From positions 1-58,718 of the forward strand of contig JAFWGF010000009.1 of NCBI GenBank assembly GCA_017512495.1: a stretch of 58,718 nt of DNA, given 5' to 3'. The DNA comes from Bacilli bacterium. GTDB lineage: Bacteria > Bacillota_I > Bacilli_A > RF39 > UBA660. Below are positions 58,488 through 58,718 of this stretch, piece after piece. The notes beneath the pieces are model-generated. The model was not told the origin of the DNA, did not search any database, and was given only the letters and a program-made list of their open reading frames with translations. Numbering within the stretch: the first letter of the stretch is position 1; each line of letters begins with the position of its first letter. The position numbers and the translations under genes are program-made.

Positions 58488-58572
58488 AATACCACTTCCT
58501 ATCTAAATTAATTGTAATAATAACTAGCAATAAAGTCAAATTAAAAAACACCTCTCGGTGTCTATATTCATA

Positions 58573-58649
58573 TGGTGACGAGTACGGAATTCGAATCCGT
58601 GAATGCTGCCGTGAAAGGGCAGTGTGTTAAGCCACTTCACCAACTCGCC
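58573..58649 (-). tRNA. tRNA-Glu(UUC)
   Basis: GGCGAGTTGGTGAAGTGGCTTAACACACTGCCCTTTCACGGCAG...ACTCGTCACCA. Confidence 0.95.
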
Positions 58650-58657
58650 AAATAAAA

Positions 58658-58718
58658 TGGCGCCCCAACTAGGACTTGAACCTAGGACCCCTTGATTAAC
58701 AGTCAAGTGCTCTAACCA
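58658..58718 (-). tRNA. tRNA-Asn(GUU), 5' end truncated by the window
   Basis: ...GAGCACTTGACTGTTAATCAAGGGGTCCTAGGTTCAAGTCCTAGTTGGGGCGCCA. Confidence 0.92.

Noticed and set aside
1458-58506. Short ORFs antisense to or nested in larger genes (e.g. 1458-1688, 2469-2696, 5669-5866, 13769-14095, 18180-18587, 29124-29872, 37422-37961, 39389-39917, 58174-58506)
   Set aside because: They overlap well-supported genes and have the S/F/L/I-rich composition of shadow frames.
945-58572. Whole interval as an island splitting an Asn-Glu/Val-Thr tRNA cluster
   Set aside because: The interval is full of core genes, the Val cluster has its own promoter, and I saw no integrase or terminal direct repeat.

Overview
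Very AT-rich chromosomal segment from a low-GC Bacillota genome using genetic code 11 (TGA serves as stop, e.g. the ATGA overlaps at 55-58 and 27071-27074). Compact genes plus retained sporulation genes suggest an uncultured reduced-genome Bacilli lineage such as RF39 (inference only). Almost all genes lie on the minus strand. Contents: eight tRNA genes (Val-Thr-Tyr-Gln-Lys at the left; Ser, Glu and a partial Asn at the right); housekeeping genes (tig, lon, asnS, pgi, galE, xfp, trmL, a U32/RlhA-like gene, cysteine desulfurase, rubrerythrin); a small sporulation set (sigG, ylmC, yunB, spoVID-like, ysxE-like) with shared CATAnnnT promoters; and a 2542-aa cyclic beta-1,2-glucan synthase bracketed by two pairs of WXG100-like genes. 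Best candidates for undescribed biology: (1) a self-contained four-gene operon between tig and lon (radical SAM/SPASM, degenerate HIT, transglutaminase-like/phosphoribosyltransferase fusion, gp30.3-like NADAR); (2) two tandem hybrid histidine kinases upstream of sigG with complementary catalytic defects; (3) an orphan 480-aa protein with two HEPN-like RNxxxH motifs; (4) a tRNA-Lys with a mismatched, chimeric-looking acceptor stem next to a umuC-yolD-like cassette. No CRISPR array, integrase, transposase or rRNA was seen. All family calls come from motif recognition by eye; no searches were run.
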